Shown here: in pieces, positions 44,931-53,291 of the stretch | Layout: every line of letters starts with the position of its first letter | How positions within the stretch are numbered: position 1 is the stretch's first letter | From: a virus | DNA length: 64,000 nt | Virus record (IMG/VR): IMGVR_UViG_3300028902_000264 | Strand: one strand, 5' to 3' | Position numbers and translations under genes: made by a program | Notes under the pieces: model-generated | Told to the model about the DNA's origin: nothing | Database searches by the model: none | The model's input: the letters and a program-made list of their open reading frames with translations, nothing else

Positions 44931-46832
44931 GTGGTGAAACTTTTCTCTGTTCAACCAATAAAAAGAAGGGCTTTCGTTGAAGCTATGGAATACAAAACCG
45001 ACACATTCGAGCCAGCTGAAATGCCAACGAGGTTGACCAAAGAAATGGAAACCTTGAAACTTAAACCACTGGAATTAATTCCACCGAGGTTTACAGGAAT
45101 TATTGAATTTGAATCAGGAACTAAAGAATGGCGAAAAAATGGATCGCTTCATCGGAATGATGGACCAGCGGTTGAATATTGGAATGGAACCAAACATTGG
45201 TATACCGAAGGAAAACGCCACCGAATAGATGGACCTGCTATTGAATGGGCAGATGGAACAAAAGAATGGTGGATTAATGGAAATCTTCACCGAGAAGATG
45301 GCCCAGCTATTGAATGTGAAGATGGAGAAAAATTATGGTTTTTAGATAATAAAGGATATTCCGAAGAAGATTTTAAGAAAGAAATTGAAAAAAGAAATCA
45401 AACTTCATCCAACCAAATGGAGAACACCATGAAGGTCATAAAGCAAAGAGAGGGACTCCCGCTACCAGAAGAAAACTATACAGGAATTATTGAATGGGAA
45501 GATGGAACTAAACTATGGTACAAAGATGGAAAACAACATCGAGAAGATGGCCCCGCGGTTGAATGGGCAGATGGATCAAAAGAATGGTATGTAGAAAATG
45601 AACGGCACCGAATTGATGGTCCTGCGGCTGAATATCCAAATGGAAATAAAGCATGGTGGCTTAATGGAAAATATTATTCCGAAGAAAATTTCAAAAAAGA
45701 GGTTGAAAAAAGAAATCAATCAAAACAGCCCAAACCACAAGGAGAAAATATGATGAAAACAATCAAACTGAAGTCATATGAAAATATTCCTAAAAACTTT
45801 ACTGGTCTTGCGGAATACGAATCAGGAAATAAATATTGGAGTAAAGAAGGAATCTATCATAGACTGGATGGTCCTGCTATTGAGTATGCAAACGGATATA
45901 AAGCATGGTTTAAAGAAGGAAACCGTCATAGAGAAGATGGTCCAGCAATTGAATATCCAGACGGATTAAAAGAATGGTTTAAAGAAGGAAACCGTCATAG
46001 ATTAGATGGACCTGCAATTGAATGGGTAAATGAAAAAAAAGAATGGTGGGTTGAAGACAAGCGGCATAGAATAGATGGTCCAGCAGTTGAATATTCAAAT
46101 GGAGATAAAGAATGGTATATTGAAGGAAAATATTATTTCGAAGAAGATTTCAAGAAAGAAATTGAAAGAAGAAACCAGAAAAACATTAACTCAGAAACAA
46201 ACATCAAAACCGAAATTGCTGCTCCCTTGACAGCCTCCGCGGCAAGCCTCAAGAGTGAAGGTACACCAGCAAGCGAGGAAAAGAAAATGACAAAAAGCAC
46301 GAAGGAAAAGGTTTTTGAGATTGCAAAGTCCGATGCGGTTGAAGTCGCAAAGCGTGTTGCGGTTCAACAAATCAGCAACATCATACAAGATTTGTTGATT
46401 GAATTGATTTCTTCTGGAAAGAAAGGGAAGCAAAAAACTGCTTTGAAGTCTAACCTCGAAGAATTCTTTTCTTCGGAGGCTGGTCGGGCAATGGTAAAGT
46501 TTGCCTCGGGTTTGATGTTGCCGCAATTGGCGACGTACGCCGCCAATTATGGAATGTTGAAACCTCAACATGTTATGATTGTTCAAGTTCTTTCGGAGGA
46601 AATGAGAATTCAGGGGGAAACAGACGCAACCCTTCATGTTATTGATATGGTAACGCCAATGCTCTCGATGCTTACATCGGGGATGACTTCTCAGTTTGGA
46701 AGTTTGTTTTCCTCTTTCGAGGAAACCGTTGAACCTGTTAGGGTTGCTCTTGATTCTGGTGTTGAATCCAATTCAACACACGAGGAAACTGTTGGTTCTT
46801 CTGCGGTTGCCTTGAAAACCGCGATGGGTTGA
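44931..46832 (+). CDS. Shared-CTD family member 10: three HRxDGPA modules (3+2+4 repeats) fused to the CTD
   Basis: Each module ends YxEEDFKKEIExRNQ. CTD AKSDAVEVAKR...EMRIQGET...EPVRVAL. True start may be 45045. Confidence 0.85.
   Translation: MVKLFSVQPIKRRAFVEAMEYKTDTFEPAEMPTRLTKEMETLKLKPLELIPPRFTGIIEFESGTKEWRKNGSLHRNDGPAVEYWNGTKHWYTEGKRHRIDGPAIEWADGTKEWWINGNLHREDGPAIECEDGEKLWFLDNKGYSEEDFKKEIEKRNQTSSNQMENTMKVIKQREGLPLPEENYTGIIEWEDGTKLWYKDGKQHREDGPAVEWADGSKEWYVENERHRIDGPAAEYPNGNKAWWLNGKYYSEENFKKEVEKRNQSKQPKPQGENMMKTIKLKSYENIPKNFTGLAEYESGNKYWSKEGIYHRLDGPAIEYANGYKAWFKEGNRHREDGPAIEYPDGLKEWFKEGNRHRLDGPAIEWVNEKKEWWVEDKRHRIDGPAVEYSNGDKEWYIEGKYYFEEDFKKEIERRNQKNINSETNIKTEIAAPLTASAASLKSEGTPASEEKKMTKSTKEKVFEIAKSDAVEVAKRVAVQQISNIIQDLLIELISSGKKGKQKTALKSNLEEFFSSEAGRAMVKFASGLMLPQLATYAANYGMLKPQHVMIVQVLSEEMRIQGETDATLHVIDMVTPMLSMLTSGMTSQFGSLFSSFEETVEPVRVALDSGVESNSTHEETVGSSAVALKTAMG
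46227..46255 (+). promoter_or_regulatory. Degenerate intragenic promoter upstream of the CTD of member 10
   Basis: TTGACA-gcctccgcggcaagcct(17)-CAAGAG, GAGGA at 46275-46279, in-frame ATG at 46287. Confidence 0.5.
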
Positions 46833-46846
46833 ATCAACAGGAGGAA

Positions 46847-47491
46847 ATGATGAAAACGGCGAAAACCAAAACAAAGAAGAATACAAAGAAAGTTTCTAAA
46901 ACAGAAACAAAGAAACCGTCAGTCGAAACAAAATCTTCTGATGGGTTAGAAATTCTTAAAATAAAAAAATCAGAGTTTGTTCCTGACAACTTTACAGGAA
47001 TTATTGAATTAGAAAATGGAGATAAATATTGGTTTAGCAAAGGATTTCATCATCGGCTTGATGGTCCCGCTGTTGAACGGAGAGATAGATCAAAAGAATG
47101 GTGGGTTAATGGAAAACTCCACCGAGAAGACGGTCCAGCATTTGAATATTCAAATGGAGATAAAGAATGGTATGTAGAAGATAAACGACACCGAATTGAT
47201 GGTCCTGCTTGTGAATGGGCAGATGGAACAAAAGAATGGTGGATTGAAGGAAAATATTATTCCGAAGAAGATTTCAAGAAAGAAATTAAAAGAAGAAACC
47301 AAGAAACTAAAGATAAGCCTATTGAAATCGTTTCTGAAAACAAAGTTGAAATAATCAATATGGAAAACGGAACCATTGTTTTGAGCATATTGCTGCCGAA
47401 GAATTTCCCAACAGAAATTAAGATTGATCTAAGAGAAATAAAATTGGAAGACAAAACACTAATAATAAAACTCGAACAAAAGGATTCATAA
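46847..47491 (+). CDS. HRxDGPA-repeat protein (3 repeats), Lys-rich N-terminus
   Basis: AGGAGG SD; YSEEDFKKEIKRRNQ cap. Confidence 0.8.
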   Translation: MMKTAKTKTKKNTKKVSKTETKKPSVETKSSDGLEILKIKKSEFVPDNFTGIIELENGDKYWFSKGFHHRLDGPAVERRDRSKEWWVNGKLHREDGPAFEYSNGDKEWYVEDKRHRIDGPACEWADGTKEWWIEGKYYSEEDFKKEIKRRNQETKDKPIEIVSENKVEIINMENGTIVLSILLPKNFPTEIKIDLREIKLEDKTLIIKLEQKDS

Positions 47492-47842
47492 ATGAAAACT
47501 ACAAAAGAGAATCCTTCTGCTGGAAATTCACAAACAGTAATTAAGTTGGGGGATTTGGATACTCGACCATCTAATTTTACAGGAATTGCTATAGTTGAAT
47601 CTATAGGAAACAGATGGTACAAAGGTGGCGAATTACATCGAGAAGATGGTCCCGCTGTTGAAAACAAAAACGGCTACAAAGAATGGTTTAAAGAAGGTAA
47701 ACGACATAGAACCAATGGTCCCGCGGTTGAGTGGGGAGTTCGTCACAAAGAATGGTGGATTGAAGGAGAAAGATATTATTCAGAAAAAGAATTTAACGAA
47801 GAAATTGAAAGAAGAAACAAGGGTAGTGCAAAAAAAGGATAA
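47492..47842 (+). CDS. HRxDGPA-repeat protein (2 repeats)
   Basis: PSNFTGI; YYSEKEFNEEIERRN cap. Confidence 0.8.
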   Translation: MKTTKENPSAGNSQTVIKLGDLDTRPSNFTGIAIVESIGNRWYKGGELHREDGPAVENKNGYKEWFKEGKRHRTNGPAVEWGVRHKEWWIEGERYYSEKEFNEEIERRNKGSAKKG

Positions 47843-47848
47843 TGCTAA

Positions 47849-48388
47849 ATGCAAACTCTAGAAATGTCTCCGACTGATATTAGTCCTCTGCCTCCCCGTT
47901 TTACGGGTATTTTGATTCGCACGAATCAATCAACCGCTTGGTACAAAAATGGTTTGCATCATCGAGAAGATGGCCCTGCATTGATTATGAAAGATGGTAC
48001 CAAATTTTGGTACAGAAATGGATTGCTTCATCGGGATGACGGTCCCGCTGTTGAATGGGCAGACGGAGCAACAGAATGGTTTAGAGATGGAAAACCATAC
48101 AACAATCAAAAACCTTCAGGTGAGTGTGTCTATGCTTACCAAAAAGAAACTTATAGGTATTATCCAGAACGAGTGAATCGCTATGACGCAAACATGACAA
48201 ACAAACAACTTCGAGAGCTTTCTGAAAAACTTAAAGAAGACTACAATAATGTTGGAGAGTTTTCTGCTGATGCTTCCCATCGAAAACATTATATTAACAG
48301 AGAGCTAGAACAAGTTGTTGAAAAATATAATCAATGTCACCCCGACGGCTCGGAAATAGAATTGTTTTATGATGATGGAGAAGGATAA
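47849..48388 (+). CDS. HRxDGPA-repeat protein (2 repeats) with unrelated helical C-terminus
   Basis: PPRFTGI, HHREDGPA, HRDDGPA. Confidence 0.8.
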   Translation: MQTLEMSPTDISPLPPRFTGILIRTNQSTAWYKNGLHHREDGPALIMKDGTKFWYRNGLLHRDDGPAVEWADGATEWFRDGKPYNNQKPSGECVYAYQKETYRYYPERVNRYDANMTNKQLRELSEKLKEDYNNVGEFSADASHRKHYINRELEQVVEKYNQCHPDGSEIELFYDDGEG

Positions 48389-48429
48389 GTTTTCTTGTTT
48401 TCGAAACAAAGGAAAGGAAAGTAATTCAC

Positions 48430-48582
48430 ATGAAAACACAAAGAAAAGAAAAACGATTAGAAGGACTTCAGAACTATAAAGCTGAGTTGGACACCTCTAA
48501 AGTAGATAAAATTAAAACAAAAGAAGAACCTTTCGAGGAAAGAGAAGAATTTGAAGACTTCGACGATGGAATTCCGCTATGA
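48430..48582 (+). CDS. 50-aa peptide with SSB-tail-like acidic C-terminus (not in ORF track)
   Basis: AAGGA SD. Ends EEFEDFDDGIPL. The stop overlaps the next ATG (ATGA). Confidence 0.6.
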   Translation: MKTQRKEKRLEGLQNYKAELDTSKVDKIKTKEEPFEEREEFEDFDDGIPL

Positions 48583-48881
48583 TAACTTTTCAACCAATCG
48601 ACAAAAATCAAATTCTTTTGCTGATTTCAATATGTCTTTATGTTTTATTTATTACCTATCAGCAAAATGACTTTATCAAAAAAAGTCCTAAAACTATTGG
48701 TAGTAAACTTTACTTGACTACATCTTTGATTGGATTTCTTTTTGTATTCTTTTTATTAACTGGTTTTTGTTATTTTCAAGGTCAGATTTCGCTTGCAATT
48801 ATAGTTTTCTTGTGTTTTCACACAGCAATGTTTGGTTGGATGATTTGGAATCACTTAAAGAATCGAGATAAAACAAAATGA
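48579..48881 (+). CDS. Membrane protein (3 TM)
   Basis: Starts MITFQPID; three hydrophobic segments. Confidence 0.65.
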   Translation: MITFQPIDKNQILLLISICLYVLFITYQQNDFIKKSPKTIGSKLYLTTSLIGFLFVFFLLTGFCYFQGQISLAIIVFLCFHTAMFGWMIWNHLKNRDKTK

Positions 48882-49174
48882 AATTCGAACCAATTGACTC
48901 AGCAGTAATAATGTACTGTTTGTTTATTAATGCGGTATGGATTCCTACTCTTGGTAAAGTAATAAAACTCATTAAAGAGAACAAGATTAGAATTTCTTTT
49001 GCTGATGTTGTTGACAATTTCAAGATTTGGTTATTTGTTATATCAATGATAATTCTTTTTACTGTCGCTTCAAAAACGATTTCTCTTTGTTTTATATTTC
49101 CAGCGGTCTATCAAACTATTGATTTAGGTTTGACTGTTTTCGCTTTCAACAAAAAAGAAACAAGCTGGCCATGA
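48878..49174 (+). CDS. Membrane protein (about 3 TM), possible paralog of the previous gene
   Basis: Starts MKFEPID; hydrophobic segments. Confidence 0.65.
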   Translation: MKFEPIDSAVIMYCLFINAVWIPTLGKVIKLIKENKIRISFADVVDNFKIWLFVISMIILFTVASKTISLCFIFPAVYQTIDLGLTVFAFNKKETSWP

Positions 49175-49503
49175 AAACAAATCAACTGATTGAAGTTCTA
49201 AACTCCTCGGATCAAACCAAGTCGGCGAGACTTCTGTCAATTTATATTAGTAGTTCCTTCTCAAAAGGAAAATACGGTGATGTTGCCGAAATTGTTTTAA
49301 ACCTAAACAAGTTGTTCAACAAGGTTCCAAAACAAATATTTCTTCCAACTGTTAGAGCAGCAGTTTTTGGATCTGTTCACTCAAAACTTCTTCGAGATTC
49401 TTTAGAACAAAGTATTTTTCTCATTAAAGAAAAAGGGGCAACAACATGGAAGGTCTCTCAAAAAGAGATTGATCAAATTGTTTCTTCAATCAAACTCTCA
49501 TAA
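49171..49503 (+). CDS. Hypothetical protein
   Basis: 110 aa, ATGA-coupled. Confidence 0.6.
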   Translation: MKTNQLIEVLNSSDQTKSARLLSIYISSSFSKGKYGDVAEIVLNLNKLFNKVPKQIFLPTVRAAVFGSVHSKLLRDSLEQSIFLIKEKGATTWKVSQKEIDQIVSSIKLS

Positions 49504-49524
49504 TCCTGAAAGGAAACCAATCAA

Positions 49525-50622
49525 ATGTCTGAGCACGAAGTTCTCGTTGTTGAAATCGAAACTGTTGTAAAGCATCCTGGGGCAGATGCTCTAGAAATTA
49601 TTAAAGTAAAGGGGTATGACTACTCAATCATTTCAAAAATTGGAGAGTTCAAAGTAGGAGACCTTGGAATCTTTGTTGAACCTGACTATATGGTTCCTAC
49701 TGCTCGCTCTGAATTTGCTTTCCTCCAAAAAGGAACAAAAGAAAAACAAAGAATCACTTGCCGAAGACTTCGAGGTGTTTGGTCGGAAGGACTTTTGATT
49801 AAAGCACAGTCACATCACAAAGTTGGTGATGATGTTATGGAGGAATATGGAATTACAAGGTGGGAACCGCCTCCTGTTAAAAATGCTTGGGGAGCGGAAG
49901 GTGCCGCGCTTAAATCGGGACTTCAAACAAAAGAACCTTCCATCCCAGGAATCTCAAGAATTCCTAAGTATGACTTAGAAAACATACGCAAGTATGGCAA
50001 GCTTATTTCTGAGGAAGATGTGGTTTTTTACACATGCAAATTGCACGGAAGTTCTGCTCGATATGTTTTTTGGGATGGCGAGATGCACTGTGGTTCGAGA
50101 ACTACATGGAAAAAGAAAACCGAGGGAGAAAAAATCTCTTTCGTTCATCCCCTCACAGGTGAATTAATTGAAAAGGATGCTCCCGAATGTTCTTGGTGGG
50201 AAGCCTTGAAATTCAATCCTTGGATTGAGGAATGGTGCAAGGCAAACCCAGGAATTATTATTTATGGAGAACTTTTTGGCGGCAACGTTCAAGGAGATAA
50301 ATTCCATTATGGAATTAAAAAAGGAGAATATGGAGTTCGTATTTTTGATGTTCTTAAAAACAATCAATGGGTTCCGTTTGGAGAACTTGTGTCTTCAAAA
50401 GAATATGAAGGACTAAAAACCGTTCCTGTCCTTTATCACGGAAAACACAATCCTCAACTTCTTGAAACTCTTGCTGAAGAATCAGAAACAAGTTTGGAAG
50501 GTTGTGGAAAGGATCATATTAGAGAAGGCATTGTTATTAAAACAGAAGTTGAAAAGACTGACTATAAGATCGGAAGGGTTGCTCTCAAATACGTCTCCAG
50601 AAACTATCTAATGAGGTCATGA
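49525..50622 (+). CDS. RNA ligase, DRB0094-like (N-terminal OB domain plus ligase)
   Basis: HPGADALE, LRGVWSEGLL, KLHGSSAR, CGSR, YGELFG, REGIVIK. Confidence 0.88.
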   Translation: MSEHEVLVVEIETVVKHPGADALEIIKVKGYDYSIISKIGEFKVGDLGIFVEPDYMVPTARSEFAFLQKGTKEKQRITCRRLRGVWSEGLLIKAQSHHKVGDDVMEEYGITRWEPPPVKNAWGAEGAALKSGLQTKEPSIPGISRIPKYDLENIRKYGKLISEEDVVFYTCKLHGSSARYVFWDGEMHCGSRTTWKKKTEGEKISFVHPLTGELIEKDAPECSWWEALKFNPWIEEWCKANPGIIIYGELFGGNVQGDKFHYGIKKGEYGVRIFDVLKNNQWVPFGELVSSKEYEGLKTVPVLYHGKHNPQLLETLAEESETSLEGCGKDHIREGIVIKTEVEKTDYKIGRVALKYVSRNYLMRS

Positions 50623-50915
50623 TGGAAACCGTCAAAGTAAATCGAGAATCCGTTTTCTTTCATAAGCTTTTAACGGCAATTGCATATTCAGAGTTGATAG
50701 AACACGACAATAAAATTTATCGAGTTTTTGAAAAGATTGATGCAATTTATTACTTCGATAGTTTGTTTCCAGAACTCGAAGAAGAAAAAGATCCTACTTC
50801 AGAACTTGAGATTGTTGGAATCCAAACAATTGAAGACAAAACATTTGTTAGAGTTAGAACTAGGTCTAATGAACTTTATTGGATGGACCGTTCTCTTGCT
50901 TGTGGAGAAGAATGA
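50619..50915 (+). CDS. Hypothetical protein
   Basis: 98 aa, coupled. Confidence 0.6.
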   Translation: MMETVKVNRESVFFHKLLTAIAYSELIEHDNKIYRVFEKIDAIYYFDSLFPELEEEKDPTSELEIVGIQTIEDKTFVRVRTRSNELYWMDRSLACGEE

Positions 50916-51017
50916 AACTTAGAATAATAGTTAAAGAGATTTTTGCGGCAGCTGCCATTTGTTTGGTTGTTGCCTTTTATGCTTTGTTTGTTTTGCCTCT
51001 TGCGAAGGTTGAGCTAT

Positions 51018-51896
51018 ATGTCAAATCAAAACTCAAAAAAATATGACGAAACTCATCTTTCAACAAATCAAACTTATAGGTTTACTTTAACATCTGGTGC
51101 CTCATTTGTTGGGAGAGTGGTTTCTGTCGGCAAACCAAACAAAGACTATGGATATTTTGAGTCTGGTGGCAATGAATCAGAAAAATTTATTTATGATGGA
51201 ACTTTCAAAATCAAAATAATGGATCTTGATTCAGCAGTTGAATACAAAATAGAAGAATTTGACCAAATCGAAATTCTTTATAGGCGAAATTTATCAGATG
51301 TAATAGATATGACATTTCCAAATATGTTAGATAATCAAAAACCAAACTGGCTAGCATTTTTTACTCAAAAATATGGACCATATAAAGTTATTCAAAAAGG
51401 GAAAACAAGGTTTTATGGTTTCAACAGAGAAGACCAAATAGAGTTTGAACCATTGGGTGATCCAAGGTTTTGCCATACAGAAGTCGACGAAACCTTTAAC
51501 AGAACGAGAAGATTTCCAAGTTTATTTATTCAAAGCGTTATTCCTAGAGTTGAAGTTTTTGGTTCGGACTATTGGTATTTTGATAACTTCAAGAGGCATC
51601 CTTCAAATTCTTGGTGGACTGAATCTATGATAGATTTACCAAGGTTTGGAAAGTATAATCTTAAGTTATATAAACATTATAATCCAATGTGGCAAACAGA
51701 ACTTGAAGAAGAAATACTGAAAAACAAAATTAATCTAGCATGGAAAATTATAAGTGAATATTGTAATAAGCTTTTGATTAGACACATATACAACTTTGAA
51801 GTCCTTAAGTCAAATATTATTAAAGGACTTCCTGATGGAGAAATGATTCAAGAGGTTAAAATATTGAAATTACCTATTGGCAAATATGAAAGGTAA
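51018..51896 (+). CDS. Hypothetical protein, paralog of 60116..60883
   Basis: KPNWLAFFTQKYG and KINLAW...NFEVLKSNIIKGLP shared with 60116. ATG 51018 preferred. Confidence 0.7.
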   Translation: MSNQNSKKYDETHLSTNQTYRFTLTSGASFVGRVVSVGKPNKDYGYFESGGNESEKFIYDGTFKIKIMDLDSAVEYKIEEFDQIEILYRRNLSDVIDMTFPNMLDNQKPNWLAFFTQKYGPYKVIQKGKTRFYGFNREDQIEFEPLGDPRFCHTEVDETFNRTRRFPSLFIQSVIPRVEVFGSDYWYFDNFKRHPSNSWWTESMIDLPRFGKYNLKLYKHYNPMWQTELEEEILKNKINLAWKIISEYCNKLLIRHIYNFEVLKSNIIKGLPDGEMIQEVKILKLPIGKYER

Positions 51897-51899
51897 GCT

Positions 51900-52412
51900 A
51901 TGATAACTATAAAATTGAATAGTTCCGATGAACTTCCAATAAATTATACAGGAATTGTTGAACAGAAAAACGGAACCAAAGTTTCTTATTTTAAAGAGGG
52001 TAAACTTCACAGAGAAAATGGTCCTGCGGTTGAAGAATCTGGCGAATACAAATCTTGGTATAAAGAGGGCAAACTTCATCGAGAAGATGGTCCTGCGGTT
52101 GAACATTCAAACGGAGATGAATTCTGGTACAAAGAAGGAAAACGTCATAGGGTAGATGGTCCAGCAGTTGAACTAGAAACTGGATTACAACGTTGGTATG
52201 TAGATGGTCATCTATATGCCCCAACTATCTTATGGTTTTTAATACAAGATTCATCAATCTTTCTTAAAAAAGAAAAAGGAAAATATGGTCTTGAATGGTT
52301 AAAAATTTTAACAAAAGATGGGATTGAAGAATTTCCTATTATGCCTGGAATGGATCTCGATAAAGTAGAAGGATATAAAAAATGGACAATGACGCTCTCG
52401 GAAACAGAATGA
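51900..52412 (+). CDS. HRxDGPA-repeat protein (3 repeats) with conserved C-terminal domain
   Basis: PINYTGIVE; KEKGKYGLEWLKILTKDGIEEFPIMPG. Confidence 0.85.
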   Translation: MITIKLNSSDELPINYTGIVEQKNGTKVSYFKEGKLHRENGPAVEESGEYKSWYKEGKLHREDGPAVEHSNGDEFWYKEGKRHRVDGPAVELETGLQRWYVDGHLYAPTILWFLIQDSSIFLKKEKGKYGLEWLKILTKDGIEEFPIMPGMDLDKVEGYKKWTMTLSETE

Positions 52413-53191
52413 AAGAATATGAAGGAATGGAAGCAATGAGGAAACTCATGCCATTACTTCCAATTATGGTTCGCCTCGATGGAAGAAGTTTTCATACTTT
52501 CACAAAAGGACTTGAAAGACCTTTTGACACAAGATTTCAACAACTCATGTTTGAAACAACTTTACACCTAACAAAAGAAACTAACTCTGTATTAGGATAC
52601 ACTCAAAGTGATGAGATTTCTCTTGTGATGCTTCCGAAACAAAAAGAGGAACCTTATTTTGGAGGCAGGATTCAAAAAATATGCTCAACACTTTCTGCAA
52701 TTTGCTCTGTGTATTTTTATTCAAGACTCGAAGAGTTTTTACCTGAGAAGAAAGGTAAGTTTCCAAGTTTTGATTGCCGCGTTTGGAATGTTCCAACTTT
52801 AGCAGAGGCAGCAAACACAATTCTTTGGAGAGAACTTGACGCAACAAAGAATTCAATTTCAATGGCTGCGCAGTGTAACTTTTCTCATAAGTCTCTTCAT
52901 GGTTTAGACGGCAAACAAAAACAAGAAAAACTTTTTAAAGAAAAAGGAATTAACTGGGATGATTATCCAAGTAGATTTAAACGCGGCACTTATATTAAAA
53001 AAGTAACTTTGTCAACTCCTTTCTCAAAAGAAGAGCTTTCTGAGTTGTCTCCAAAACACGAGGCGCACAAGAATCCAAACTTAATAATCACAAGATCAAG
53101 ATATATGGAAGTAGAGTTTCCTAAACTGTCTTCTATCCAGAATCTTCCAGAAACTCTTTTTGAAAATAAAGAGCCGATTATTAGAGAGTGA
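52382..53191 (+). CDS. tRNA(His) guanylyltransferase Thg1-like 3'-5' polymerase
   Basis: RMKEYE, VRLDGRSFHTFT, YTQSDEIS, FDCRV, WRELDATKNS, FKRGT. Confidence 0.92.
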   Translation: MDNDALGNRMKEYEGMEAMRKLMPLLPIMVRLDGRSFHTFTKGLERPFDTRFQQLMFETTLHLTKETNSVLGYTQSDEISLVMLPKQKEEPYFGGRIQKICSTLSAICSVYFYSRLEEFLPEKKGKFPSFDCRVWNVPTLAEAANTILWRELDATKNSISMAAQCNFSHKSLHGLDGKQKQEKLFKEKGINWDDYPSRFKRGTYIKKVTLSTPFSKEELSELSPKHEAHKNPNLIITRSRYMEVEFPKLSSIQNLPETLFENKEPIIRE

Positions 53192-53210
53192 AATGTGTTT
53201 AACAAGAGGG

Positions 53211-53239
53211 TTGACGGCAAGCACAGTGCTCGTTATAGA
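53211..53239 (+). promoter_or_regulatory. sigma70-like promoter
   Basis: GAGGG-TTGACG-N17-TATAGA. Confidence 0.7.
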
Positions 53240-53291
53240 GCTTGTGACAGTTTCGCTCGCCAAAACCTCATAAACCAGAAAGAAAAATCAA

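Noticed and set aside
45000-47300. CRISPR array or non-coding tandem repeat
   Set aside because: The 66-nt periodicity is in-frame protein repeat with synonymous variation; there is no repeat-spacer structure.
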